Shown here piece after piece: positions 22,001 through 36,367 of a DNA stretch of 64,000 nt. The stretch's first letter is position 1; every line of letters starts with the position of its first letter. A program made the position numbers and the translations under genes. The notes under the pieces are model-generated. The model did no database searches. It was not told the DNA's origin and saw nothing but the letters and a program-made list of their open reading frames with translations. The DNA comes from Lytechinus pictus (lineage: Eukaryota). Location: the NCBI RefSeq assembly GCF_037042905.1, contig NC_087250.1:18416001-18480000 (forward strand), given 5' to 3'.

Positions 22001-25000
22001 GAAATCAGTGTTTACTTCAACTGCATGTACTCGAGTCAAGCTTTGAAAGGGATATTTGTGTATTATTGAGTTTTAAGAATTGTGAACCTGAAGATTGACC
22101 AGTTTTTTGTTTCTTTTTAAAATTTCTGTTAGTGCTGCTTGGATTGATAAATGTAGACCCAACATCCTCATCACAGAATCAACTTATGCGACCACAATCA
22201 GAGATTCAAAGAGGTAAAATATATTTTTTCATTTGATATATTTCTTAATGATAAGGATAATATACAAATAATGCATGTAAGCTCGTGCATGCAAGGCCAA
22301 ATAATGACCGATGTGTGAAAAGAGCCAATGGATATATACTGCACCGAGGTCTGCAGGACCGAGTGCGGTACATTAATTTGGCAAGTTGAGCACAGAGTTC
22401 ATTATTTAGGCAATGCTCAAGAATGCGTGTATTGTTTGTTTTATACAACCCTCACCCATGTCACTGAGTTAACCCAAATGCTATATTTGATCTAAATTCT
22501 AGATAATTCTAGATAATTCCAGAACTCGTACTATCCTGCACTCTGACATCAGAGTGCAGGATAGTGCATTTTGGATGCAATATTGCAATTCGCTGAATAT
22601 CATGTGATCCAATTTGGACCAATCAGATTACAGAACATTCTTGGGAGTTGTATGATATATAATAAACTGGGCTGAGGGGTGTCAGAGCAAATTCACTCTG
22701 TAGCATGCCCGAGATGCTTATCAATGAAAAATTTTAAACAAAATTAAGAAGGATTGAAAAAGAATGTCTTAAGGTGTTTTTTTTTTATTTTGGAAGTTAA
22801 TCCGGTAGGATTAATTCCTTGAATGCACTGAGCGCTGGTGATGGTAGCTCGAGCTAAAGCCGGGGGTAATAATACCAAGCGCTTTGTATCCTGAGGCAAA
22901 AAGCGATATATAAATCCAGCTATTATTATTATTATTAATTTGTAATGTATTCAGGAAGGCTTTTGCATAGAGGATTGGGTGCACAAACAATCTTTCCTCC
23001 AGGTTTTGGAAACTCATACGAAGTATTTCATTTGGAATATTTCTTCATTCAAATGCTACATCACTATAGGCCTACTGTATATTGTCATTTGTGATATACT
23101 GTATACCACTTCCAATTTCGGTAATAATTGACTTTTCCTGCATTCCTACAGCTGACCCCGACTCTGTGCCATTTTTATTCAAACAACATCAGCTCAAAGT
23201 ATAATGATGATATGATAATATCTGTGATTATGAATCTTTCAACTGTGTGATTTATCTGTTATAGGTGTCGAGAGCGAGATTTCCTAAAGAAGGTTCACGA
23301 TTGTGTATCGAATGGAGGGAAGGTCCTTATACCTGTCTTTGCATTGGGTCGAGCCCAGGAGCTCTGCATACTACTGGAATCATACTGGTGAGGATGAGAC
23401 TGATGATGATAATAATAATTACATGTATAAGATAGTGCTCTATTAAAGGGGAAGTTCACCCTGAAGAAAAGTTTGTTGTAAAAAATAGCAAAAAGATAAT
23501 AAAAAACATTGGTGAAGGTTTGAGGAAAATCTGTTCAAGATAAAGAAAGTCATTAGAATTTTAAGTTTTTGATTTTTAAGGTCATAAACGAGCAGCTGCC
23601 CCATATGTTATGTAATATAAAATGCATGAATTTCATTTTTTTAATGGTTCCTGATGACTTATTTTTATTTTATTTTCATGATCGGGTGTGAAATGATTTG
23701 TCAACTGATATACAAAAGGTAGAGTAAAAACTATCTTTAATTTTCTGAGAAAATGACATTTCATTGATTTTTTTTACTCTTCGCTATGTAGGAATGCTGC
23801 TCGCATATGACGTCACAAATCAAATAATTAAAATTCTAATAACTTTTTAATTCTTTGACTTTTTTTTCTCAAACCTTCGGCAATTTTTAAAATTATTTTT
23901 TTTATTTTTTCCGCTATTTTTACAATAAACTTTTTGTCAGGGTGAACTTCCCCTTTAAAGCAGATGCAAACCAGAAGCGTTAGTAGCACCACCTCAAATC
24001 CTTAACTTCTCATACCTGGCCAGTTTCCAAACCCATAATGCAACATTCAGAGCCGTGTAATCTTGTAATAGCGACCCACTTGAATGATAATATACACAAA
24101 TTCATTTCTCAATACACTGGAGTAGGATTTGAATCCACGACCCTCCGATTAAAGGTTCAGCATGGAGAAATATAAGCCTTAGAAGATTGCTCTCTGATAC
24201 TAAAGGTGGTTTAAAACTGCCTCAATCACAAGAATCCCTGTTAAATTACAATAACTTTTTCAGGCTAAAAAATACCCATTAATTATTTTTGCATTCACCC
24301 CTCCCCGAAACATACGCTTCGGGGTAAGTTCCTGAAGTTGCGAGCATACAGTATGGTCTGATAAGCACGCAAGGCGCGCGATTCAAAATCGCTAGCTCAG
24401 CAGCCACCCACGGCGCCCGCGCCCAACTACACGCTGGGCTAAAAGTTCCCATAATTTGCTTTCCCACTGTCAAAATACCTGCAACCTTGGAAAAAATCCC
24501 CTCAAAATTTCTCGTAATTTTTATGAGTACCTACTTTCTAGCAGGTATTTTCTTTTGGGGATATTACGCGTAAGTTGCTTTCACATTGCCAAAATTAACT
24601 GGTATTTTCTGATCTGGGTAAATTTCCCGATCAGAAAATATGTGGAACTGAAGAACTTCGAGATGGTTTGAAACCAAATTAAATGACAAATTTATCTTAT
24701 AAAGCCTAACCTTGATTGGAATTCCTGATGCCATTTACTACAATTTCGATATATTTTTAATTTGTTTTAATTTTGATGTGTATTCTTTAGGGAGAGGATG
24801 AATCTTAAAGCACCTATCTACTTCTCTACTGGACTAACAGAAAGGGTAAATATCAGGGCCCCGTCTTACAAAGAGTTGCGATTGATCCAATCAATCGCAA
24901 ACTATGGAAGGCCAGCAAAGTCAACATATAAAATGCATGTTTGTTCAAAACCAATTTTACATATGAATGTATATCCATAGATTCATTGATTTCTTGACAA

Positions 25001-28000
25001 TTTGGTGTGATCTCCTTTGTTTACAAAGGACATTTTGCAAATTTCCTGTAGAAAGAATTATAACACTGATGGATTTCCATAGAGTTAATATTGATTGGAT
25101 TAATCGTAACTCTTTGTAAGACGGGGCCCTGATTTGATTTGATTGAATAAACTGGGTCCCATTTCATAAAAGTTGCTAAAATAGCAACTTTTGTTTGAAT
25201 GTCTACTACCATGATAACAGTGAAATTCTACTTCCTGATGGGCTCTGCCAATGAAAGTTGGCATTTTAGCAAGAGTTGCTATTGTAGCAACTTCTTATGA
25301 AATATGCATGCAGCTTTCAACAGAGATTATTTAGATATGAACTATTCTATTCATTTATAATCAATTAGACTTTGTGTTTGGAATCCAGTCTTCATAAATT
25401 GATTATTTCTACGACAGGCAAACCTCTAAGGTGCTCATGTCATTGACCTTTATTTGTGCATGCTCTAATTGTATCTAAACACTGACTTATTGGGGTTGAT
25501 ATGAATATATACCTGCCAACTGTCCCAATTTAATAAGAAGATTCAGAGCTTTTGGGAAAATGGCACCAAAACTGGAACAACCTACGTCATAATATAAGAT
25601 CAATAACAGATTTCAACCGATTCAAATCTGTGTTAAAAACATACCTTTTTAAAAAGCACATGTATTAGCCCTATACAAAATCAAAACAATTAATCCACAT
25701 GCATAGAGACTATTTATCTGGTACTATGCATCTCTAAGAACTGATTATTATTATTATTATTTTTTTTTTTTAAGATCCCCTAAAATCTGAATGTTCCATT
25801 TTGTAAAATTTTGAAGAAATAAATTTTACATCAATGAATATTGTAAATCTTCTTTTGTTTCAATGTATTGATCCACAGGCAAATCATTACTATAAGCTCT
25901 TCATTACATGGACAAATCAGAAGATAAAGAAGACATTTGTGAAAAGAAATCTCTTTGAATTCATACATATCAAGGTAAGATAATAATGAAATATTTTTTA
26001 GTTTTTTAACTAATTCTTTGATAATAATGATTGGTTGTGTTTTAACTAATTCTTTAATGCTGATTTAGTTATGTGTATTGATCATTTGGAACTCGCTGTA
26101 TCCATACCATACACATCATATGTAAATAGTCTTGGAGTACCAGTACTGACTCTCGCCATGTTACAGAGGGTTGCGTGTTTGAATCCCACTTTGGCCTATC
26201 ATCCTGTGGCAAGGCATCAATCCACATTTTGCCACTCTCAACCCAGGTGTTAAATGAGTAGGATGCAAAAATCTAAGTAGTATATCTAACAATTGAATCT
26301 TAGAACTCTTGTTGGAATGCTCCCCAGTGAGTGGAGAATGTGTAGATATTGTGTGCTGGCATGCCAGGATCTGATGGCTTGGGTAATAATTTATCTGTAA
26401 AGTGCTTAGAGATGTCATTCTGACGTATAAGCCAGTTCACAGTTAGCTCATGATCAAATTTCCTCAAATGACCTTTGTGATTTTTCATTAGGATAAGCAC
26501 AATCATTTTCAAATGTAGATGTTGCGTAAGCTTTACCGGTAGAGTATTCAAATTCTAAGAACAAAAGGCATTGTATAGACCAGGTGACTAGAATAGTACA
26601 TCAGGGATAAAGTTTGGAAATCTGTTTTATTGTCTGCCTTTGGCACATTTGACTATTGTTTAGGCTACTGTCAAATACCAGTGATTATGAAGGCTCTATT
26701 TATTACTCTATAGCTTGGATGTGATAAATATTTTGATAGGAATACATGTATGATCATCAAATCACAAATGCCTATGTCAGTGAATTTGAAAGCCACCTTC
26801 ATGGTTGTCTCCAATAACCTTTTTCTGCTCGTGCGCAGTTTACAACCGTGAACAGGCTTCTTGGCAACAGGCTTATTGGGCGCTATACATAAGCAGATAA
26901 TTGTTCTTATTGTTGTTGTTATTATTTTCTCTTTGTTTGCATCCCCATTGTCTTGGACTGCATGTCCAATTTCCATAATTCACTAGTTTTCAACTCTATT
27001 GTGAGAACCTGTGTGCTATGCTGATGTTATCACGTCTTTTTATGAATTGGAAGTAAATACTAAATTGGATTCTTACTCACAGCCGTTTGATCGAGGATAC
27101 ATCAACAATCCCGGGCCGATGGTGGTGTTCGCCACGCCCGGTATGCTCCACTCCGGACTCTCCCTTCAGATATTCAAACAGTGGGCTTCGAATGAGAAGA
27201 ACATGCTCATTATGCCGGGATACTGCGTGGCGGGGACGGTCGGCCATAAGGTGCTCAGCGGGCAGAAGAAGATAGAGATGGAGAATAGACAGACGGTAGG
27301 ATGCCTTGTTGTTATGGTTACAAGATGGTGATGATGATGTGAGGTTCATGATGATAATGAGTATGATGTGGTGGTTGTGGTGGTGGTTGTGGTGGTGATA
27401 AGAATGGTGATGACGATGATAATGATAATGATGTGGTGATGGTAGTGATGATGATGATGATGGTGGTATTGATGATGGTTATATTGATAATGATGATTAT
27501 GATGTTGATGATAAGTGAGAAAAGAAAGCTTATCATGCCAGACTACGATGTAAGAGCAATGGTCAGTCATAAGGTGCTCAGCTGACAGAAGAAGATGGCG
27601 ATGGAGAATAAACAAACGGTAGGATGAATGTTTGCTATGGTTACAAGGTGGTGATGATGATGATGATAATGATGGAGATGATGGTAATTATTATAATGTG
27701 ATGCTGATATTGATGATGATGAAGATGATAATTATTATAATGTGATGCTGATATTGATGATGATGATGATGACGAAGATGATGATGATAATGATGGTGAT
27801 GATGATGATGATATGCGAAGATTGTGATATTGTTCATAATTACAATGATAATGACGTCTGTGATGATATTGGTGATACTAGTGATGACTAACGCCTATAC
27901 ATGTACATTTGGTGTCTAGTGTGTCATTTCAATATTTCAGTAGAAGTAGAACAGTTACTTTCATCTTGTTCAGTGTAATGATGGTATGTTACAAATATTT

Positions 28001-31000
28001 TTCTAATGAACATATTTATTATAATCTTTGTCATGGGCTACAGATTGATGTAAAGTTATCGGTGCAGTATATGTCCTTCAGGTAAGTTTTCTTAAAATCT
28101 CAAAAGTACTTAGTTCTAAAGAAATATTGGGGAGAAGATTAAATAAGAGGGGATTAGTAAAATCAGGTATAATGTTACCCATGCAGGGGTTCGAGAGTTC
28201 ATCTTTTAAGCTGATTTTGAGCTATTTTTTCTTTGGAATTTCAGCCTATTTTAGCTTACCTATGTACAAAGATTATGGGAGATCTTTGAATTTCAGCTTT
28301 TTCAGCTCGTTTTACTTATTGTAGCTTACCTCTGTACATAGTGTATGGGATCTATTTTAATTTCAGCTCTTTAATAATTGTAGCTTACCTCTGCACAAAA
28401 AGTATGGGATCTCTTTCAATTTCAGCTCTTTTTAGTTATTGTAGAATACCTCTGTACAAAAAGTATGGGATCTTTTTTAATTTCAGCTCTATTTGCCTAT
28501 TTTAGCTAACCTCTGTACAAAAAAAACTATAGGATCTCTTTCATTTTCAGCTCTTTTCAGCTCTTTTTACTTTTCAGCACTCACATCCCTGTCATAAAAA
28601 ATGTACAAATTTATTTTCTCTTCTAATTTTCTCATGCAGTACATGCTGAAATGAATGCATAAAATGTATAACTTTATATGAATGTGCTTTGCTTTGAAAG
28701 TTGCGAAGCACTGTATTCCTCATAAAAATCTTACTGCAAATACATTAATTAAGTACTATTCAAACTAAAGATAACTAGAACTAAACTCGTTCCTCAGGCA
28801 AATCCCTGAGTTGAGTTAAAAAAGCTCCTCACTTATGAGAAATCATGAAATAAAACTGCAAACAGGCAAGTTTTTGTTATAATATTTTGTTCTGGTCATT
28901 CATTTTGTAATATGGTATATCCAATTCTATTTTTGTCTGAGTATGAAAATAAATAGAAAATTAGCAAAAATTACCAATTTGAGGATAAAAGCAGATTAAT
29001 CATGACTCTATGGAGCCTATGTAGTTAATGTAACTTGCACTTCCTTTTCAATGCAGTGCCCATTCTCATGCTAAGGGTATAATACAGCTGATCAGAATGA
29101 GCAAACCTACAAAGAATGTTGTTTTTCCTAAATCAATGCTTTTTATTTGGAGCTTATCTCTAAAAATGTTCTCTAAATTTTCAATAACATGCAAACAATA
29201 AAAATCACTATTTAAAATTCAAATTGGAAAATTTTTGGTCATATGTTGCTATGCTCATTCATATGACTCATAATATGTAATGTTTATCCATTTTCTAGTT
29301 TTGCGAAGTATATGTTACTGGGCCCAAAATTTAAAATGGTTGCCAATTTGAGGAACGAGAGCTGATTATTTTAAACTTAAAACAAGTTTTGCATCTTATG
29401 GGTTTATCTATTAACCCATACTGTCTTTTCAATGCAGTGCCCATGCTGATGCTAAGGGTATCATGCAGCTAATCCGAATGTGTGAACCTAAGAATGTCGT
29501 CCTGGTTCACGGTGAGGCCGGCAAGATGGCATTCCTCAAAGAGAAGATCTGTAAAGAATTCAGTAAGTTGGCAACACTTCTCTTGTGAGATTCCTTGATT
29601 GGCAGATATTTTGCAGTAGTTTTGTTTTTTGGTGTAGTTCACTCGAGCTATTAATCGGTTGATTATTTTTAGTATGCGTGGGAATAATATTGATGATGAT
29701 GATGATGAGGGTGGTGGTGGTGATGGTGATGATAATGATAATGATGATAATGATAATTATAATGAGAATGATGAAAAAATAATAATAATAATAATATATA
29801 GTATTTCTAAAGCGCCAAATCCACATTGATTATGTGCTCAAGGCGCTGAAATATACTTGGTATATCATTATTACCCCGGCTGTAGCTGAGCGGCCATATA
29901 GGCGCTAAAGCATTCAAGGAATAAAACCTACCGGGTACCCATTCACCTCACCTGGGTCGAGTGCAGCACAATGTGGATAAATTTCTTGCTGAAGGAAATT
30001 GCGCCATGGCTGGGATTCGAACTCACGACCCTCTGTTTCAAAGTCCGAAGACTAATCCACAACGCTCCACTAATAATAAAGGAGGATAATGAAAATAGTA
30101 TTGAAGTAATCAAGGGAAAGTAATGGCTATATTGTGCCTTTGATATTTTGAATCTTTTGTAATTGCATTATGGATATGGATAGTTAATTTGAAGATAATC
30201 ACTTATACAAAGATAAAGCGGGCAAACTAGGTATTACAAGTGTTACAGTACGAAGATGCAATTTCAAAACAATCAATTACAAGGTTTAACTTCATCGTCT
30301 TAAAGGGGAATCCAGCCTTGGCCATAAAATGTTGTGTTGGGAAGGAGAAAATAAATTAAACAGAGTGGTGAAAGTTTGAAAGAAACCGGTCAAGCAATAA
30401 GAAAGTTATAGCTGTTTTAAATTTGAGATCACTAATACTATGTAGATTTCAAATTGGCAACTGGGTAAGTAAATTATGACAAGGGGCTAGGACAACTTTC
30501 CCATAGGCCATGTACTTTATTATCAGGGATTTGTGGTTTTCTCCTAAGTACCCATTCCCCTGGGGCAGTAATCTAAATATAACCCAGGTAGTATATTGTT
30601 TTATGTCCTCATGAAAGAAAAATATAATTTGAAATAAGTTTTGGGAAAAATGACATTTTAGCCATAATATGTATTGGAGTACATGGAAGAGTAGTCCTTG
30701 CCTTACATCACTATGCCATCCCATATGCGGCAAATTCGAAGTCTCCATGGGTATAGTGATTACCAATATTTACAACTTTAAAAAATTTATAACTTTCTTG
30801 TTGTTTGTCCAATATTGTTCAAACTTTCACCTATCAACTTGTCTGATTTTTCTTTTCCTTATAAAAACAAGTTATTATTTGGGTTGGATTCCCCTTTAAT
30901 GATGAAATGAAATATCATGCATGTCTTTTTTTTCCTCTGCATTATTGGACAGAAATCCAGTGTTACATGCCAGCAAATGGAGAGACGATTAATATTCCTT

Positions 31001-34000
31001 GTAAGACGAATCTGATGGCAGATGTTTCATTGGGACTGCTGAAGAGAAGCGCTTCACTTGCAGGTAATATGGAAAGAGAGTGAGAGAAAGAGAGAGAGGG
31101 GAGGGGCTGAGGGGGAAGAGGGAGGGGGAGGGGAAGAGAGAAGAGAAGGATTATTTACATTCCTTGCCAGACGAATCTGATGGCAGATGTTTCATTGGGA
31201 CTGCTGAAGAGAAGCGCTTCACTTGCAGGTAATATGGAAAGAGAGTGAGAGAAAGAGGGGGGGGGGGGGGAGGGGAAGAGAGAAGAGAAGGACTATTAAT
31301 ATTCCTTGCAAGACGAATCTGATGGCTGATGTTTTATTGGGACTGCTGAAGAGGAGTGCTTCACTTGCAGGTAATATGGAAAGAGAGTGAGAGAAAGAGG
31401 GGGGGGGAGGGGAAGAGAGAAGAGGAGGACTATTAATATTCCTTGCAATACGAATCTGATGGCAGATGTTTCATTGGGACTGCTGAAGAGAAGCGCTTCA
31501 CTTGCAGGTAATATGGAAAGAGAGTGAGAGAAAGAGAGTGAGGGGGAGAGAGAGAAAGAGGGGGAAGAGGGGAGGGGGGGAGAAGAGGAAGACTATTAGC
31601 ATTCCTTGCAAGACGAATCTGATGGCTGATGTTTCATTGGGACTGCTGAAGAGAAGCGCTTCACTTGCAGGTAATATGGAAAGAGAGTGAGAGAAAGAGC
31701 GAGAGGGGGAGGGGGAAGAGGGAGGGGGGGTTGAAGAGGAGGACGATTAATATTCCTTGCAAGACGAATCTGATGGCTGATGTTTCATTGGGACTGCTGT
31801 AGAGAAGTGCATCACTTGCAGGTAATATGGAAAGAGAGTGAGAGAAAGAGAGAGAGGGGAGGGGCTGAGGGGTAAGAGGGAAGGGGGGGAGAAGGACTAT
31901 TAGCAGTCCTTGCAAGACGAATCTGATGGCCGATGTTTCATTGGGACTGCTGTAGAGAAGTGCTTCACTTGCAGGTAATATGGAAAGAGAGTGAGAGAAA
32001 GAGAGAGAGGGGGAGGGGGAAGAGGGAGGGGGGGTTGAAGAGGAGGACGATTAATATTCCTTGCAAGACGAATCTGATGGCTGATGTTTCATTGGGACTG
32101 CTGTAGAGAAGTGTTTCACTCACAGGTATGGGCTGGTAGTATGGGAGGAAGAGAGGGGGGGGGGTGAAAGAGAGAAAGGGGAGAGATGATTAACATTCCA
32201 TGTATGATAATCTTCTTAGGAAACAGATGTGACCTCTCCATCTGTACAATCCTAGAAAATTTGCTGGGATGCAAGCAGACATTCCACTCTATATTCATTC
32301 AGCCAACCCGTTTTACAAGACAAATATTGCACGTTTCAAAATTTGTGATGTTAGTGATGATGCAGGCAACCTGTGTATTCACAGTATTATACAATTGCAC
32401 TTGGCACAAGTGCCTGGTACTTGTTGCATTATTTTAAATAATATTGAGTGTGCTGCATCGCCACAAAACATTGCAAAATATGTATTATTTTATTATAACT
32501 TACTTCACATCTACTCGAGATGTTTGTCTAGAATCTAAGGTAGATATCAACCTATTATGATTAATTCTGTAATCAACAAGGAGGCAAGAGTATATTTCAT
32601 TGCCTTCCTTTATGTATCACTGGCATAGCAAGAGTGGACCATGGAAGTGTTTGTGTATTAGGTCAAGGTCAAAGGTCATTTCAGATGAATGAATCACACT
32701 TGTATCTTTCTGAAACACCCCCTGGATGGGAATATGAGATTATATGCCATTGTTTTTGCCATTTTTTTCATTCGTCTTTTGTCTTAATTAAAGATAATCC
32801 AATAAAATGACCACCAAGTATTTGTATGTATAAATTAAAAATATGTGCCAATTGGCTCTTGACAAAATGTGGAATTGCTGAGAAATGAGCGAAATAAGCA
32901 CTGAATTCCATGAAATGTTAGGTATTTTTCCAATATTAATGCACTGTACCACATAGTGTATACCTTTTTTCTGTTAGTCATCATCATAATTATTGGTTTT
33001 TAGCTAAGATTTCATGATTTCACAAAAATGAGTTGATTTTAATGAAACAGATCTAGATCATGATAATATGGTGTTAATAAGCCTTGATTTTAAAGGCTTA
33101 CCAGGGAATAATTTTCCTGGTATCGCATCACAATTTTTGAAAGACTGCTATGCATAAAGTCTTTTGTATAGCATATTTTTACATAGGACTGTACATTACT
33201 GAGTTAAAAGCTTTTCTCTTATGACCAAAAATGCTATTCAAATTTGTGAAGCAACTTATTCCCTGCTTACTCATGAAATAATTGTTTGCTGCAATTATTT
33301 TCTTTTACCTTGAATACTAGGCATGACCTTGTCAGGACTCCCAGAATCCAAGAAATGTCATACAATGCATGGAGCACTTGTCATACGAGATCAGGTAATT
33401 TCTATTGCTGAATCATTGCTAAATATTTATGTTTTTTGTGGGCCGACCAACGTGCTGGAAGGCACACGTAGCGTTCGCTAGGACGGAAGTATGGATGGAT
33501 GGATGGCTCTTGTCAACCATTTCCCCCCTAAAATGTGAACCTGACCAAGCAAGCAATCTCCAATTTCGATGTCGTTTGGCATGTGGGTAGTGCCGGGTAC
33601 AAGTATTGCCTATGTGAAGTGGTGACGGAATATGTGCAAGTTGTTGACCGCATATATATTCTGGTTGGCTCATAAGAACAAAGGTGAACATCAACCTCTC
33701 TCCATAGTCCGACTTCTACGCCGGAGTGACGCCCACAGGTTACTAGTGTATTCCCTTAACATAGCAAGCATGAAATCCATGAATGGTCAAACTCTAGTTT
33801 GTCATTATTTTTATTCACGCAATTTGTACTAAGCATAAATTTTGAAGAGTGTTGAAGATTTCTGATAGGTTTTTTTTATGTATAATATGGTCTCATGTGC
33901 TCATATTTGTCTTTGCTCTCTGGATATTTATTTGATACTGTAGTCCTACGTGTTTGTAATTGTGTTATTTCTCTGGATACATATATTTAATTTGGTCCCA

Positions 34001-35912
34001 TGCATACATATACATGTATGTGTTTGCTATCTAGATACACTTATTAATACCATGGCATGGACCCATGTGTTCATATTTGTGTTTGCTTTTTGGGTACACT
34101 TATTTGATGCCATGGTCCCATGTGACCATATTCGTGTTTGTTCTCTTGATACACTTATTTGATATGGTCCCATGCTCTCCTATTTGAGTTTGTTTTCTGG
34201 GTACTATTGTCCCATGCAATCATGTGTGTATGTTTGCTGTTTGGATACTTAGATTTTTACTACTGTCCCATGTATTCTTATTTGTGTTTGTTATAGAGGA
34301 TACAGTTAGAGGAGCCATCTAAAGTCATGCAGCAGCTCGGCCTGGTTGAACATGATATTAGGTTCACATCTACTGTATCGACGTCGGCCTCATCCATGGA
34401 AGCGCTCACAAAGAAACTCAAAAGGTTAGTAGCCAAATGCTTTTTATTTTTCTTACATTTACAAGGGGGGGGGGGGGGATGAACTTGCATAAAAGCAAAA
34501 TATTTTTTGCTTTGTAAGTATGTTTGTGAGGATCATTTCTAAATAGCTAGAAGTACTTTTTAACCCTAAATAGACTGATCTATTTCGATGCCTAAGAAGC
34601 CCCCCCCTTATAATCTCGGCCGTCGATCGCGCCATCGCGACGAAAATTGGCACATGCTTTACCCATGGCATTATCTACAAAACTATTATATCAAATTCTG
34701 CAAAAAATCTCATTGCTCATTAATTATGCTAATTTATGCGTAAAATCACAAGTTTGCTCTAATAAATGAAATAATGCCCCAAAAATCCTAATTTTTGTTT
34801 CACATACTCTAGATAGGCATCTGATCAAATTGATTTTTCAAAAATTTCAACATCACATTTATTTCCTTATGTATTCTATTGTTTTTTTCAATTTCTTATG
34901 TATTTCTTTGTTTTTTGACTTTTTTTTAAATTGTTTTTTCAATGGAAATTGTCGGGGACTGTATTTTGACCATAAACAAGATAAAATTAATTGATGTTAA
35001 GTAGTAAAAGGAAAAATAATGATACATTTTATGAATTTAGGCTAAAAACACTATTTGTATTGGATTTGTACACAAATTCAAGTTTTTGAGTAATTTTAGG
35101 TTTGCATGCACTTACGAAATGTTGGGTAATTTCGGAACCGCATCACAATTTTGGTCTCAAAAGTTGTGCGAGACTTGAAAGTAAAAAGTCAGCGAGCGAC
35201 GCGGTAAAAAAAATTTGAGCGGCGGATTTATCGCGAAAAATTTTGAGGGGGGGGCTGAATCAGCCCCCCCCCCCCCCCAGTGTCTTCTTAGGGTTAAGAT
35301 TACTCCATCAGTGATAATAATTGCATTGTCGGCTGTGTGATTATGTATGAAATTATTATTATTATTATTATAATCTTGAAAAGGAGACTGATTTATAACA
35401 AGAGGAGCGCCTCTGGCAGTCTCACCTGCATTATGCTATTCAATATAGCAGCCTTGCTGATGTTGAAAACGACTATAGAATAATCATTCACAAAAAACAC
35501 CATGCATAATACTATGTTCATTGACGCTAAATGACATATGACCTTGATCGTGTGACCGAAGACTTGTGCAAGATGATCAGTAAGCCAATGACAGAATCTA
35601 CAAATTTTAATGAATGATGATAGATTTTTTGTTATGTGAGACTCTATTATTATGTTATTTGGCTGGTGATGTTTTGTGTTTCTGTTTTTGGATTGATGTT
35701 TAGGAGATTCCCACATGAATCTGTTCAACTGATGCCAGATGCTTCTATCATGATGGGATCAATACTACTTAAGGTAAGAGATGATGATGGTGATGATGAT
35801 AATGATGATGATGGTGATGACGATGGTTATGATGATGATGATGGTAGTGGTGGTGATGATGATGATGGTGATGGTGATGATGTTGATGATGTTGGTGGTT
35901 GTGGTGGTTACG

Positions 35913-35944
<32 letters not shown>

Positions 35945-36205
35945 AGTGCTGATAATGCTATGGTGACGGTAATGATAATGTTGATGGTAGTGGTGATGAT
36001 GACGATGAGTCGATGATGGTGAGAAGGGCAATGTTTTTGATGATGATGATAGAGGTTGATGATTGCTCTTATTATGATGATGATGACAATGGTGATATTT
36101 AAGAATGACGATGGTGGTGCTAGAGGTGCGAGGGTGATGATTATTTGATACGGTAATGATGATGTTGATGATAATGGTGATGACTGGTGATAGTGATGAT
36201 GATGG

Positions 36206-36239
<34 letters not shown>

Positions 36240-36335
36240 AATGGTGATGATGGTGATATGATGATGATGGTGATGATGATGATGATAATGGTGATGATGA
36301 TGATGATGGTGGTGGTGATGATGATGATGGTGATG

Positions 36336-36367
<32 letters not shown>

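Noticed and set aside
28621..28660. Possible third echo of the exon 15 acceptor (catgcagtacatgctga)
   Set aside because: The match is too short to distinguish from chance.
30985..32215. Repeat-spacer-like array resembling CRISPR
   Set aside because: The repeat is ~100 nt of INTS11 exon and donor, the spacers are low-complexity variants of one another, the context is eukaryotic and there are no cas genes.
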